A stretch of DNA of 64,000 nucleotides from Euglena gracilis (taxonomy: Eukaryota), in the NCBI GenBank assembly GCA_039621445.1, contig CP154954.1, positions 33,333,455 to 33,397,454 of the forward strand, in the 5' to 3' direction. Position 1 is the first letter of the stretch, and each line of letters starts with the position of its first letter. Below, piece after piece: positions 35,411-47,800 of this stretch. The notes under the pieces are model-generated. The model saw nothing but the letters and a program-made list of their open reading frames with translations. It did no database searches and had not been told where the DNA came from. The translations under genes and the position numbers were made by a program.

Positions 35411-38400
35411 ATGGAGGCTGCTGTCCGGCAAGGGGCCCCCCCTGCCTGCGGGGCCCGAGGCTTCCGAGACCACATCCGGGTGGTCGTCCGCATCCGACCC
35501 ACCGCCACCCCGGACGCAGACACCGCTTCAGCCACGCTGCTGCAATGGTTTGTTGGGGGGTTATACTTTGGGGGGTGTTATGGGATGGGGGTTATAAGTG
35601 GGGGGCAGGTTTAAAAAAAAACGTTGCGTGATTTGCCTTGAATCGCACCCTCAGCCCCCAAAATATAAAGCCCCCCCCCCCCTGAGGGCCTGGAAATCCT
35701 GCCCAAACACAAAGACGGTGTGTGTGTGTGTGTGTGTGTGTGTTTGGGGGTTTTACCCCTTCCTCCCCCCCCCCATGGGACAAATGGCCAAAGTGCCACG
35801 GAGCAGGTGCCAAGTTGCCTGAACCTGAGAAAAGACCAGGTTTCGTCCTCCTTTCTTTTTACAGACTTGCAGTGCAGCATTCACAGGCAGCACAACAGGC
35901 CAAGGCAAACTCTCGGCCAAACCCCACCAATTGCACACCCCCCCCCCAGGGCAGGTTGCGCCTTCATAGGGTCGCCCTGCCGCTGGAGCGTCCTGCCCTG
36001 AATCAGCAAGGCGTTGAACACGTCGCTCCGGTCGGGTTCAAACCGTCGCGATGGATCGCCGGCGGAATTGCGGCGCGCGACTTCATACTGCGCCGGCCCG
36101 CCGGGCTAACCGTCCCCCCCCCCCGCCGCCCGACAGCGGCGTGCCCCCCGTCCTCCCCGTCCCCCGTGGCCTTCCTCTCCGACGTCGTGCTCTGCGCCGG
36201 CCTCCCGGCCCGCCCGGCCCCGCCCCGGCGGTTCCCGGTTGACGGCGTGCTGGGCCCGGGCGGCGACCAGGCGGACGTGTATCGCGAGGTGGGGGCCCGG
36301 GCGTTGGCCCTGGCCCTGGACGGCTTCAGCGCCAGCGTGCTGGCCTACGGTGTGCAATACCCACCGGTGAAGTCCCTGCCGTTTGCCCCTCCACGGTCTG
36401 GAGCTTCCAACCAGTCAAAAGTTTGTTCCGGATTCCGGAACTTTCCTTGCTTGGTGATTCCCCCCCCCCACATCCAACGACCCCCTATGTCCCATGACCA
36501 CCCCCCCCCGGTCGGAGGACGCGTTTTTGGAGGTTTGGCCAAAAATTTTAGCCCGCCACAAATCGCTGGGCCGAAAAAAAATTGCTGCCCAAAATCGGCC
36601 AAAAATGTCACTTTGGGCGCTTTTTTTGGACCAAAAATTGAGTTAAGGTTACCAAGGCGCAAAGTGCCGGAAGCGAAATTTTAACTATTTTGAAGGGGGA
36701 GTTCCCGGGTACCCTCCGGTTTTGTTGTGCTTTTTTTTTGAGGACAGAGGTTACCGGTTGTTGGACATGGGGGGGGCTACCAGCAAGTCCTATGATCAGC
36801 CTCCCCCCCCCCAGGGGTGATCAGGCTTACCCTTCGTTTGTGGCTCCGCGAAAGCAGCCTCCTCAGCGACTCGGAATCGAATCAAACAACCCATGGCGTC
36901 TGCGTCGCTTCCCTGCCCTGTTCCACCCCCTCCCCCTGCCAGGCCCCAGCGGCACTGGGAAGACGTACACGATGATGGGCACGCCCGACGCCCCCGGCCT
37001 CGTCCCCCGCCTGCTGAAGGACCTCTTCGCCTCGATCTCGGCCACCCAACGGCTCGTCCCCCCCCCCCACCGCCCCCTGTGTCGTGCCGGGGCCGTCCCA
37101 AAGCCGTCGGGTGGCTCTGCCTGACGGGGCCTCCTGCCCCACCACCCCCTCCGCTGCCTCTGCGGTGGAGGGAAGGCGGGGGACCTTCTCCGTGTCGATG
37201 GCCTACTTGGAGATCTGCAACGAGAGGTATACATGAAGGGAAGGGCGAGCTCCTAGCCATCAAGGGTTGGAGGTATGCAAGAGTAGGCTTCCGTTTAGGT
37301 AATTTTATTACGTTTTATCCCACTTTTTCACCTGATTTTTGTCAGTTTTTCTACATTTCCGCATTTTGAAATAAATTGACGATTTTTGGAATCAAGAACT
37401 GGAAATAGGAAACTCCAAAAAGTGCAGAACTCATCATATCAAAGTTTATGCTTTACGGGTTGTTGTTGTTGTTGCTGCTCTTGTTGTTGTTGTTGTTTTT
37501 ATGTGTTTTTTTTTGAGGTTCTTGTTGCATTTATTTCGCTTTCGCACAGACAAAGAAACCAAAAAGCATTTTTCATCGCGGTATGTGTGGACCCTTTCTT
37601 CCAAGCCACGAGCCTTCCCTTCCCAGGGCCCGGGACCTGCTGGACTGCCCGGCTGACCAGGCTGGCAAAGGCCTGGGCCGAACTTCAACCAGCGAGGTCA
37701 AGACGTTTCGCCTCGTGAACGACCCGAAGCACGGGCCGGTGTTGAAGGGTCTGACCCCGAGGGTGGTCAGGTCCACACCCCCGCCGACCCCTCTCGTGGC
37801 CTTGGGTGTTGGGGGGTGTTCCTTGTTCCTTGTTGAGCCCTCCAAAACAGAGGCCCATTCTTCTAGTTGGACCCCGCCTGGTTGATTTTTGTTGATTTCC
37901 TTCAGAACCGCCATAAAAACGGGGCTGTCCTTGTAGTGCAGTGCAGTGTAGTGCACCGCCGCCTTCGGTGGCCGGGAGTGCGCTTTTATTTGGACATTGC
38001 TCAGAGCGGCTCCGCGTTTCATGGGGTCGCCTGCTTAGGACGTGGCGGCAGGCGCTGCATTTCCTGGAGCGGGGACAGGCGCAGCGCACCGCAACCGAGA
38101 TGGCCGCTCGGTCCACCTTCATCGTGCAACTGAATGTGCAGAGAGTGTGCTGTGGGATGTGGTGCTCTGTGGTGGGAGGGATGTCTGTGCACATTTGAGC
38201 TGGGGGAAACGTTGAACCTGCAAGTGTGCATCACAACCTTGGATGCAGGAGACCAATGTGATCTGCCCTCTGAACAGTTTAAACAGGAGGACCGAAACAG
38301 TTGATGAGAACAGAAGGAATGTCGGAGATGCTTGAAACAATGCCACAGTTTGCTCTCTGTATTTCAGTCTGCAAACCTGTGACTAACAAATCTCAGGAAT

Positions 38401-40214
38401 GCCTTCTGCCAACCTCAGGAGGAGCTCTTGGGCTCTGTCTGTGGGAAAGACATCCGGCGAACCCACACCAGCCGCGTGAACCTTGTGGAACTGGCGGGCA
38501 GCGAGCGGGTCTCATTCCTCCCCCTGCTGTTTTGCAGTTGGCTTTCAGACATGGCAGGGGTTTGAGAATCACCACCCTTCCAACGCAACGCTTAATGGGG
38601 AATGTCAAACGGTCGATGCTTTGGCACCTCGGGTTTGGATCTGGATATGTGCGTCCAACCTAAATAGGGGTAGAAATTCGAGGATTTCTGCGAGGGTGCA
38701 CATGCAGAGCACCCTGACCTGCCCCGTTACCCTGTTGCCCTCCCTGGTTGCCCCTGTGCTGTGCTGGATTGCTGGAATGCGCCGCAGGTCAGAGGTCGAA
38801 CGGAGGGGTCTGGGTCCACGGAGGCCCCATTCCTGAACAAGTCGATGGCGGTGTTTGGACGGGTCATTGCCGGGCTCGTTGGTGGTCAGGGTGTGGTGCC
38901 TCCACATGGAATGCTTTGGGTGCAAATTTCGAAACTTTGAAGACTCATTCGTATCGAAATGTCAAATTAATGCTGAATGGATTGCCTTTTTTGGTGGGGG
39001 GGTATTCACTTTGATTCTGGCGTTTTGAAATTTTGCTGCTCTGCCAAAACTTTTTTTGCCACCGTTTCATCACTCTGGGCTCCCCCCAGGTTTCAAGGGC
39101 CTGTCATTTTTGTAGGGTGGTCCTCAAGGGACAGGGTTTCATTTTTCCTTGTTAAGGACCGTCCTTTGAGGACCGCCCAAGGGTAGGCTAACGGCCGATC
39201 CGGGGTCCAAAATGATGAACGGGGGTCCAAATTATGTGTAAAAAGTGAAAACTGCATTTTTGACGTTTTGGGCAGATGGGGGATGGCCCAAGGATGCCAG
39301 ACATAAATTTCCCCCCAAACTCGACCTGTTTTTGCCGAAATACCGCCTTTTTTGGACCAATTATTCCTGTGGATTATTCCATTGAATGTGCTGGGACGGG
39401 AAGTTTTCTTTCCTTGCTTCAGGACTGCCCTGCTTTGTTGGGGTGTTCGCCTCCGGCTGTCCTCTTCCCCATCACGCCTCCCGGCCTGGGCCTTCCGCCA
39501 CCCTCCTCGCCGCCCAAGCGTCGCCGGGCCCCCTTGTCTCCCCGCAGGGCATGGCCCGTTCCGGGACTCCCTCGTGACGCAGCTGCTGCTCCCCTCCCTG
39601 GGCGGCGGCACCGCCACGACCGTCCTCGCCGCCGTGTCCCCCGCCGCGGACATCGAGGAGACCCTCGCGACGCTGCGCACCGCCGGCCTGGCGCGGCAGG
39701 TGGTGAACCCCGTGCGGGTGTGCGCTTTGCGCTGCTTCGTAACGTCAGAGTGGCACACGGGATGGCAGAGTGGTAGGCTGGGGGTTATGTGTCATGTCTA
39801 AAACCTCCGCAAACCCAACGGCCCCGGTTGGAGGCTGCCAATTCGCCGGCAGAAATTGTCCGCAACATACCCCGGCCTCGACCGTGACCGTGGCGCCCGT
39901 CCTGGACGCTCCCTCCTTCCAGGGTGGGCCGGGCCTGGCGGCGGCCATCGCCGCCGTCCAGCTGGAGCTGCAGCTGCAGCGGCGCAGCCTGGCGGGGGTG
40001 ACGGCGGGGCCGCAGGCGGCGGCGGTGGCGGAGGGGGAGGCGCTCCTGGCCGCCCTGCAGGCCCAGGAGCGGCAGGAGCTGGAGGAGTGCCAGGCCCGGT
40101 GTGTGGGGGTGTGGGTGTGTGTTGTGTGTCTGCGTGCTGTGTGTGCTGTGTGTGCTGTGTGTGCTGTGTGTGCTGTGTGTGCTGTGTGCTGTGTGTGTGT
40201 GTGTGTGTGTTTTG

Positions 40215-40279
<65 letters not shown>

Positions 40280-40430
40280 ACCGGCCCATTTGTCACCTCA
40301 CTGTGTGCTGGTGTTGATTTTGGCGCTGGGTGCTTTGCGACGGGGACCGCCGGGTTACAGGAGGCGGCAGCTGGAGGCGGAGCGGGCCGCCCTGGAGCAA
40401 CGCCAGGTGCAGGACACCTTGAGGCCGGAG
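35411..40430 (+). CDS. Kinesin-like protein: N-terminal motor domain and coiled coil (multi-exon)
   Basis: Exons: 35411-~35513 (IRVVVRIRP), ~36183-36349 (FPVDGV..DQADVY..GFSASVLAYG), 36943-~37043 (GPSGTGKTYTM P-loop), ~37114-37226 (SMAYLEICNE), 37627-37770 (ARDLL), 38039-38135, 38443-38508 (LVELAGSER), 38788-38881 (FLNKSM), 39548-39717 (HGPFRDS..SLGGG..VSP..EETLATLR), 39923-40098, 40361-40430. Most junctions are GT-AG and keep frame. Confidence 0.9.
40099..40276. repeat. (TG)n microsatellite at the 5' end of a kinesin intron
   Basis: Seen directly; similar tracts at 35718-35742 and about 49195-49330. Confidence 0.9.
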
Positions 40431-41419
40431 GTGTGGCAGTGGCAGTGGCAGCGGCCGGATGTGCTGAGCAGTTGATCAAATTCGGACCAGGGATTTTTAA
40501 AGGTCGGACCCCCTCGGGGGGGGGGAGGGTGGGTGGGTCTGCTGGACCCCCTTCCGGGGGTGGAGGGTTGGGCCAAGTGGGTACCCCCCCAGTTTTAAAT
40601 CCTTCTTTAGAAAGGGCCCAAAATCCTGCCACCCTTGTGTGAAGCAGAAGCACCCCTGAAAATGTCGGCATAAAGTCGGCACATTCTGAACCGAAGCAAA
40701 CATAAATTGAATGAGAATTTTGTCGAACCCGAAATCAATTTTTTGCCTGAAAGTGAGATCTTGATGTGTGTCGTCGTCATCTTTTCAAGGGGGTTTCCTC
40801 TTTTTCTTTGGCGCGAAGCACTGAAAAGCATTTGGATCCCAAAAATTGACCCCAGGGGTAGCCAGATGTTGTGTCCCAGACACTGCCCAGCCTGTCAGAA
40901 AAGGAAGTTGCCGGGGTCCACTGCCTGAAACGGTGTCTGGTTGAATACCAAATGAATTCAGCTTTGGCCACGAAGTGCCCATCCACAATTTACTCCTAAA
41001 ATCTACAAAAACAACGGCATTTTGAGTTTTTTGGGGGGTAAAACAAACATGTCTGGACCCTGGACATTCCTAATTTGTCCTTTTTTGGACGAAGTACTAA
41101 CCTCAACTGCTGCTGATGAAAGCAGTCTCAGAGTTGCTGCGTTTCCCCCAACCTGCATAGGTCGCAGTCGGATGTGGTGAGCCCCCTGAGCATGCAATCG
41201 CTTTCGGTCCCGTCCCAAATCCAGTCGGCTGGGGCGGTTTTACAATACACATTGGACCTTCGAAGAATCCCTGCCAAAATGGCCTTCATTTTCGAGTCGC
41301 TTTGTTGGAGGGGTGGGGGGAAGCGTTCCAACAAAACCATACGTCATCTGCTGGAAGACATACACAGGCCAAGAAGCCAGGCAGGCACTCTCAAAATGCA
41401 GCACCCAAAAGCGATTGGA

Positions 41420-44400
41420 TGCTCCTGGGGGAGATGAGGGGCTGGGAGCCACAGATGAGGCGCTGCTGGACCCCCGCGGCGATGACACGGTGGAAGAGTC
41501 GGAGGCATGCTGCCTCCGTTGCTGTGGTTGTTCTGGTTGGTGTTGTCGCCGCCATTGTTTCTGCGGCTAATGTTGGCCACCGCTGGCCCAAATTGCACGA
41601 GCCAATGCTTTGTTGTCTTCTATTTGGGAGAGTTAAGACGCGGTGGCATTAGTGGGTTTTCACAGTCGGGGTTCCCAGCAATCCTGGTCCCAGCGGTTGG
41701 TTTCCCCTCCCTGGGTTGGTAAGTTTTGGCCAAAAATGGCCAAAAATCAAAAGATTGGTTCAAAAATATAAAAATTTTCCTTGCCTTCGAGTGGCCACTT
41801 TCGGCCAATCCTGGCCAACCCCAACCCCAGGGGGGGGGGGGCGTCTGGAGCGAGTGGATATCTAGAGCCCCCCTCTCCCCAAATCGGCCGTGGAACGAGG
41901 GAGTCAACCAAGCCCTGCGCAGGCATGAGGCCATTTGACCATCAGTCCTCTGTCTCCGTGTGGGGGACCTTTGCTTCCTCACCAGGCGCTGGCAGAAGCA
42001 GGAACGGTTCCCCCATCCCCATCGGCGGCCGTGGAGCCCCAAAGCCTCGTCGACCAGGGGGCGCCTCTCAAGAGCAAAACGTGAAGGGACGTGATGCCAT
42101 CCTCTCTGACACTTTGTTGCGCCTAGTTTGTCAGTAGGACCAATGTGCAGCCATATTCTTTTCGATATTGATGGTTATAACACAGCATTTGGAGCAGTGT
42201 TTTTTTTTCGGCAGCGCCTTGTCCAGGGGGCATCGCACCCTGTAGTGGATGCTGATGGCAGCGGCCAGCCTTTGCAACTGCAGCCATCCCATGGCCCACA
42301 CAGGGAAGCGTACCTGGCAATGTGTGATATTGGTTGGAAGTTCAACGGTATGCGGTGGAAGCCGTCTACAGGTTGGGGTGAAAGGGTCCAATGCCAAGCC
42401 ATTTTCCCTACCCCATGTCTAAGCTCTATACACACAGCAACAATAGTTTTCATACCCACCAGTTTCAAAAGCCTTCATACCCCCAAAAATGACGGGGATT
42501 TTTCATTTCACATAAGATTTTGTTCCAACTGTGCAGTTACACATCCCACAAGCCAGTGGATGGGGATGGGGTGCAATGAGGCTCTACAGTGCAAGATTCA
42601 CGAGCCGCTGTTTGGGGTGTACCGCCGATTGTTTGGGGTCTGAAGGGGATGACCACAATAAGATCGCAACCCAGGGAGAGCGGCAGCCGCAGAAATGCTG
42701 GACTAATTTTCTGAAAGCAGAATACATTTCTCACGTCCAATGAAGCGACACAAAATAATTCTCCTGCAAATTTCGTCCAAGAGCGGCTTGTATTGACCCA
42801 ATATGAGGTGGGAACCTGCCCAAATTAGAACCTTAAAAAAAAAGCAATATGCCACATTGTGTGGGAAGTTTGGGGGCGCGACACAAAGTAATGCTCCTGC
42901 AAATTTCGTCCAAGAGCGGCTTGTATTGACCCAATATGAGGTGGGAACCTGCCCAAAGGTCCCATATCTGTCAATCCGTCACGGAAAACAAAAGGCAACA
43001 GTAAGGAAGTAGGGAAAATAACAGTGGATGCAACTGAAGCAATCATTTTTTTTTGCATCTGCCTTCGATTTAGCTCGGACGTGAGCAATGTATTCTGCGT
43101 TCAGAAAATTACTCCTGCAATTCTGCGGCTGCCGCTCTCCCTGGGTTGCAAATCTTTTTGTGGTCGTCCCCTTCAGACCCCAAACAATCGGCGGTACACC
43201 CCAAACAGCGGCTCGTGAATCTTGCACTGCAGAGCCTCATTGCACCCCATCCCCATCCATTGACATTGACTTGTGGGATGCATCACTGCAGAGTTGGCAC
43301 AAAATTCTACTTGAAGTAAACATCCCCGTCATTTTGGGGGTATGAACACTTTTGAAACTGGTGGGTGAAAACTTTTTTGTTGCTGTGCGTATGAGCATTT
43401 CCCAGGTTTTACCCATCTTTTTAACGATTAGCTTCCTTTGAAGGTCGTCTGCTTTTATTTGGGTTATTCCCGAAAATTTTGAGATACCAGAAACCCTTCA
43501 CATGGCATACTATTTGGTGACATAATGTTTGATTTTTCCATGTCCCTTTTCAAGCACTAAGGGCCAGATTTTTTCCAGTCGTGTTGCCTTTCCCATGGCA
43601 CCTTCCCAGTTGCTAAGTGGTGGTTATTAAAGAGTCTGTTTTTTGCAAATTTTAAAGTGTTTTTCTTTCGCACTTAATTTTCTAGTTTTTTTTCCACATA
43701 TGTCTTTCTGCTCCATCGAAGAGGGAGCAGGGTTCAAAATAAATTGGAAGTTTTCCCAACTGCACACAATCAAACGATGGCATTAAAATGCCAGAGTCAG
43801 ACAGCCGTACAATGTTGATAGCCTCATGCCAAAGCCACGTCAACGCAGACACTGACCGCTTCCCTGTCTCCGTCGAGCCACTGGTCCGGCACGTTCATCA
43901 GCCCCCCAACCCCTTGCCCTGGGTCCCCCTGCCCCTCGACAGCCGATGCCACACTGATCGACACATAACCTGATGCATCGTCAGGATGTCACCCGATTGG
44001 AAGGCACAGAATTTGGCATGCAACCGTGTGAACGGGGGGGGTCAAATGATTTTTTTTCTAAAACTATCCAGATCCATCACGAAACGGTTTGGTTTATTAT
44101 CAGGCTACGTCCCTGAGTGAGCCAATCCGACTTGGGGGGTGGGCAGGTGTTTGGGATGCGTATACCCAAACACGGCCTGGGGTTTTTGGGGTGCAAAAAC
44201 CAAGCTATCGTTTGAGGTGGAGAAGTGAAGTAGCTGTCTGAAGTGAAGTGCGTGAAGGGAGTGAATGCAGGAGCCGTCTGAAATTTTAAGCCCTCCCCCC
44301 TGAACACCTGGCCAAGTCATGTGCGGGCTTCCCCATTTCCCCAAACCATCAACCCAACAAGAACCCTCTCCAAATTCACGCAAATTCATTTTTGGTGCTT

Positions 44401-44845
44401 TTTCAGCATTCTAACATTCCCTGTTGATGTAGGAACAAAAGGAAAGAGAGAAAGATAAAAAGAAAAGAAAAGAGAAAAGAAAAGGAATGCAGTGATTCCG
44501 GCACCACGACAGGGCCCCTCCAGTAGGGCGTTGTTGCTTACGAGAATTTGATCCACCATACAGGGGGGTCCATTCCAGCCTCGCCCCCCCTCCGCCTCTG
44601 AGCTGGACCCCCCCGGGGGGTCCTTAAGCAACGCCCTGCCCTCCCGGTCCGCAGTGGGGCGTCGCCACGGGCGGCCCCCGACGGCGGCGACGCGGCCGCC
44701 GTCAGTTCCCCGCCGGCGCCGCGGGGGCCGGCGGGCGGGGCCCCGCCCCCCCGGCCGCAGGCGACGCACGGCGGCACCGTGACCGCCGCCGAGATCGGCC
44801 ACCCCCACCCCAGGCTGCAGGGCGCCACCGTTGTCGGCACCGCAC

Positions 44846-44879
<34 letters not shown>

Positions 44880-47800
44880 CAGCCCCGGCCCGCCCCCGCC
44901 GGGTGTGGCGGGGGTGGCGGCGCCCGCTGTCCCGTCCGGTGGCGCTGGGGTGGGGGGGACGGGACGGATGGGTTTGGCGAAATGGAACGGAACGGCGTTG
45001 CCGGGGAACTGGGGTGGTGGGTTTTTTTATTCACGCAGCAGGACGGGATTTTCTTTTTTTCCCTTTTAAGAACCGCCCCTCAAGGATCGCCCTGAGGCCC
45101 AAGGGCCGGCCAAGGGCGGTTCTGGGGCTGGAACAGGGTGGAATTTTTTAAAAGTCGAAAAACACACGTTTTGACCTTTTGGGTGGGTGGGGTGTTGGTC
45201 CAAGGATGCCAGAAATCACTTTTTACCTCGAAGTTGACCCGTTTTCGCCAAAGTACGGCCATTTTCCTCCATCTTTCCAGTGGATTTTGCAATTTTTTTT
45301 TGCACGAATTTTGCATGATTTTTCATTTGAATATGTTTTGGCAGCAGAGTTTTTTTTTGTCTGCTTAAGGACTGCCCTGCCTGCTGGGCCCCCCATCCTG
45401 TTGTGTTCGGTGCCTTTCTGTCCCATGTCTTCAGCAACGGAGCCTACGCCCTCTTCCTGGGCGCTGGACCCGAGGGACTCCGGCCGGGCGCGGTTCCCGC
45501 ACCGCTCGGCGTCCCAGCCGCGCGTGGAGCGGGGGGCCAGTGTGGCGCAGCGGGCGACCACCGGTGCGTTGTTCTGCCGTGCTCCCCTTTCTCTTCTTTG
45601 TTGCACTCCTTCTGCTCTTTGGCCATTCTTCAAAGTCTCCATCCGCAATTGCTCTGAGTGGCTTTCCCACTGCAAATATGGAGCAGCTGGGTGTTCCAAG
45701 TTCTCAACAAGCATTTGTGAGCAGATGGAACTGCGCTTTACGTGACATAAGCATAGCACTTCATTTTGGGTTCCGCTCTAATGTGAAATTGTGCTTTTGT
45801 TTTGCTGTTTGGATGGTTTGATTCTGAAGCAGAACGGGTCGGTTCCTGCCTGGTGGGCAGGAGGTCCTTTATTTTCTTTTTCACTGTGGAGGTTTTAGGG
45901 ACATGGTTCCATCCATGGGGAGGGGCAGGGGTGAGGTTCCCGGCCCTCTTGCAACGCCCTCAAGCCAGGACAGTTCCCCGTTCAGAATCCGAATGTGGAT
46001 TGCTCACGTTGGACGTAGCCCGAGTGTCCCTGGCACATGGCCACCGCACTTCCCCCGCGGTGCTGTCTCAGAGACTCAGAAACTCTTTGGCACTGCAACC
46101 TCCCCCCCCAGTAAGTGCCCCGGTGCGCACATTTTAGGGACGTAGTTTCGGACCCCAAGCGGTGCGCACTTATTAGGGCAAAGCCGGAAATACTGACTGA
46201 TGTCAAGCAATGAATCAAGCGATTATGATGACAGAAGTATTTGGTCTCAGAAGGATTGTCTGTGAAGGTTGTGTGTGCTTTTCGGACCTGAGATGTGACA
46301 GTGATTTCTCCTTGGGGGGGTTCACATTTTTTTAGGGAGGTCAAGGCCCCCCAGGGGGGTGCGCACTTATTAGGGCACTGCGCACTTATTAGGGGGGGTT
46401 TTACTGGCCGGCCGGTCCCCTTCATTCCTCGTGATGCAGTTAAATTTTCGAAACGGGCTTTTTTGAAGGTTTTCTGAGCTTTTTCGCGGTCTTGCTGAAT
46501 TTGGCCCATCTCGCCAATTTGCCAATCAGGGGGGCAAATAGGGGGGCAAATAGGGGAGGGGGGCAAGGATGGTCGCGAACTTCCGAAAGACCCCCGTCAT
46601 AAGGGGCATGGATCAGTTAATTTCGATTGACCGTCACCAAATCAATTTTTTCAAAAAATCAAATGCCACGTCCTTTGCCGTGTGTCTGGCGCACTCCCTT
46701 CAACCTGGTGCCACGATGAGGTGATGTGACAGGACAGGGATCCCCTGCCACATTTTGGTACCCATTTGGCCATTTCCGGGTCAAAAAAAATCGAAAATTT
46801 CAAAATATATCCAAAAGGAAATTATTGGGCTAAAATGATAAAATAATAAAATAAGCCCCAGGGACCCTGTCAGACGCATGCAGGGCCGCTGCTCCCCCCC
46901 CACTCTCCCCCCACAGCCCCAACCCAGACGCCCCGGACCGCCACCCCGCGGACGCTGCCCGGGGACGGCGCCGCGCTGCGCACGCCGCGGCCGGACGCCG
47001 CGGCCGCCAGCCCCCGTGTGTTGCGGACCATCCAGCCCGCCGCCTCCCCCGCTGCCGCGACGGACGCGTCCAAGTACTTCCACTCCAAGCCAACCCCCGC
47101 AGGTGTTTGGCGCGTGCTCTGTTGGCTGCAGGGGCTTTTGTCGGGGGGTTGTTCAAGGACATGCTCCCCGCATGGTTTCTCATCACAGAAAAGGAAAGTT
47201 TGAAAAGCGATCTCCAAAAAAATTTCTATATCGTTTTCATGAAACCAAACTTTTCGGCAGCCACCTGGATGCTAGTTTCGGACGTTGCATTCAAGCTCAA
47301 ATTTCACTGGGAAAGATGCTTGCTTGACTTTTCTCAGGTTTTCTGGCAAAAAATTGCAATCCAAAATTCAAGGATTTTCGAAGCATCGGTTCCATTTTTT
47401 TCTTGTGCATACAATTTTGGGTGGTTTGGTTGGTCAAATGTGTTACAGACTTGTGACTGTGCTCTTGTTCCTGTCCACTCCTTCGCAAACAACTACTTTT
47501 TGTTGTTCCCACCTTTTTTCCTTGCTGTCCTCTGTTGCCTTCAAAGCACCCCCCCTTTCCCTCCCAGTTGGGATCGGTATTGAACTAAATGTGTGTCAAA
47601 TGTGTTAGGGGGAATTCCTTGATCCCTCACTCCACAGGTTTAATTGCAATTTTGCTTTGCACTTGTTGTTGTGGGTTTTTTTGCTGGCAATTTTTTGAAT
47701 TCTGTGATTTTGCTTCAGAAAAATTCCACATTTTGGACCAAATTTTTATTTTGCCCTGACCTTTTAAATCAGGTGTTGTTGTATTGTTTTTGACGGCACT

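Noticed and set aside
35722-36684. 320-aa ORF as a single gene
   Set aside because: Only about 36183-36349 matches kinesin; the rest is intron read-through.
40488-40628. Another CAG...CTG element
   Set aside because: The termini are suggestive but there is no matching 8-bp flank, so it was not counted.
39745-40671. Long ORFs of 290-308 aa with HT/CV repeats
   Set aside because: They read through a (TG)n intron; only 39923-40098 and 40361-40430 look coding.
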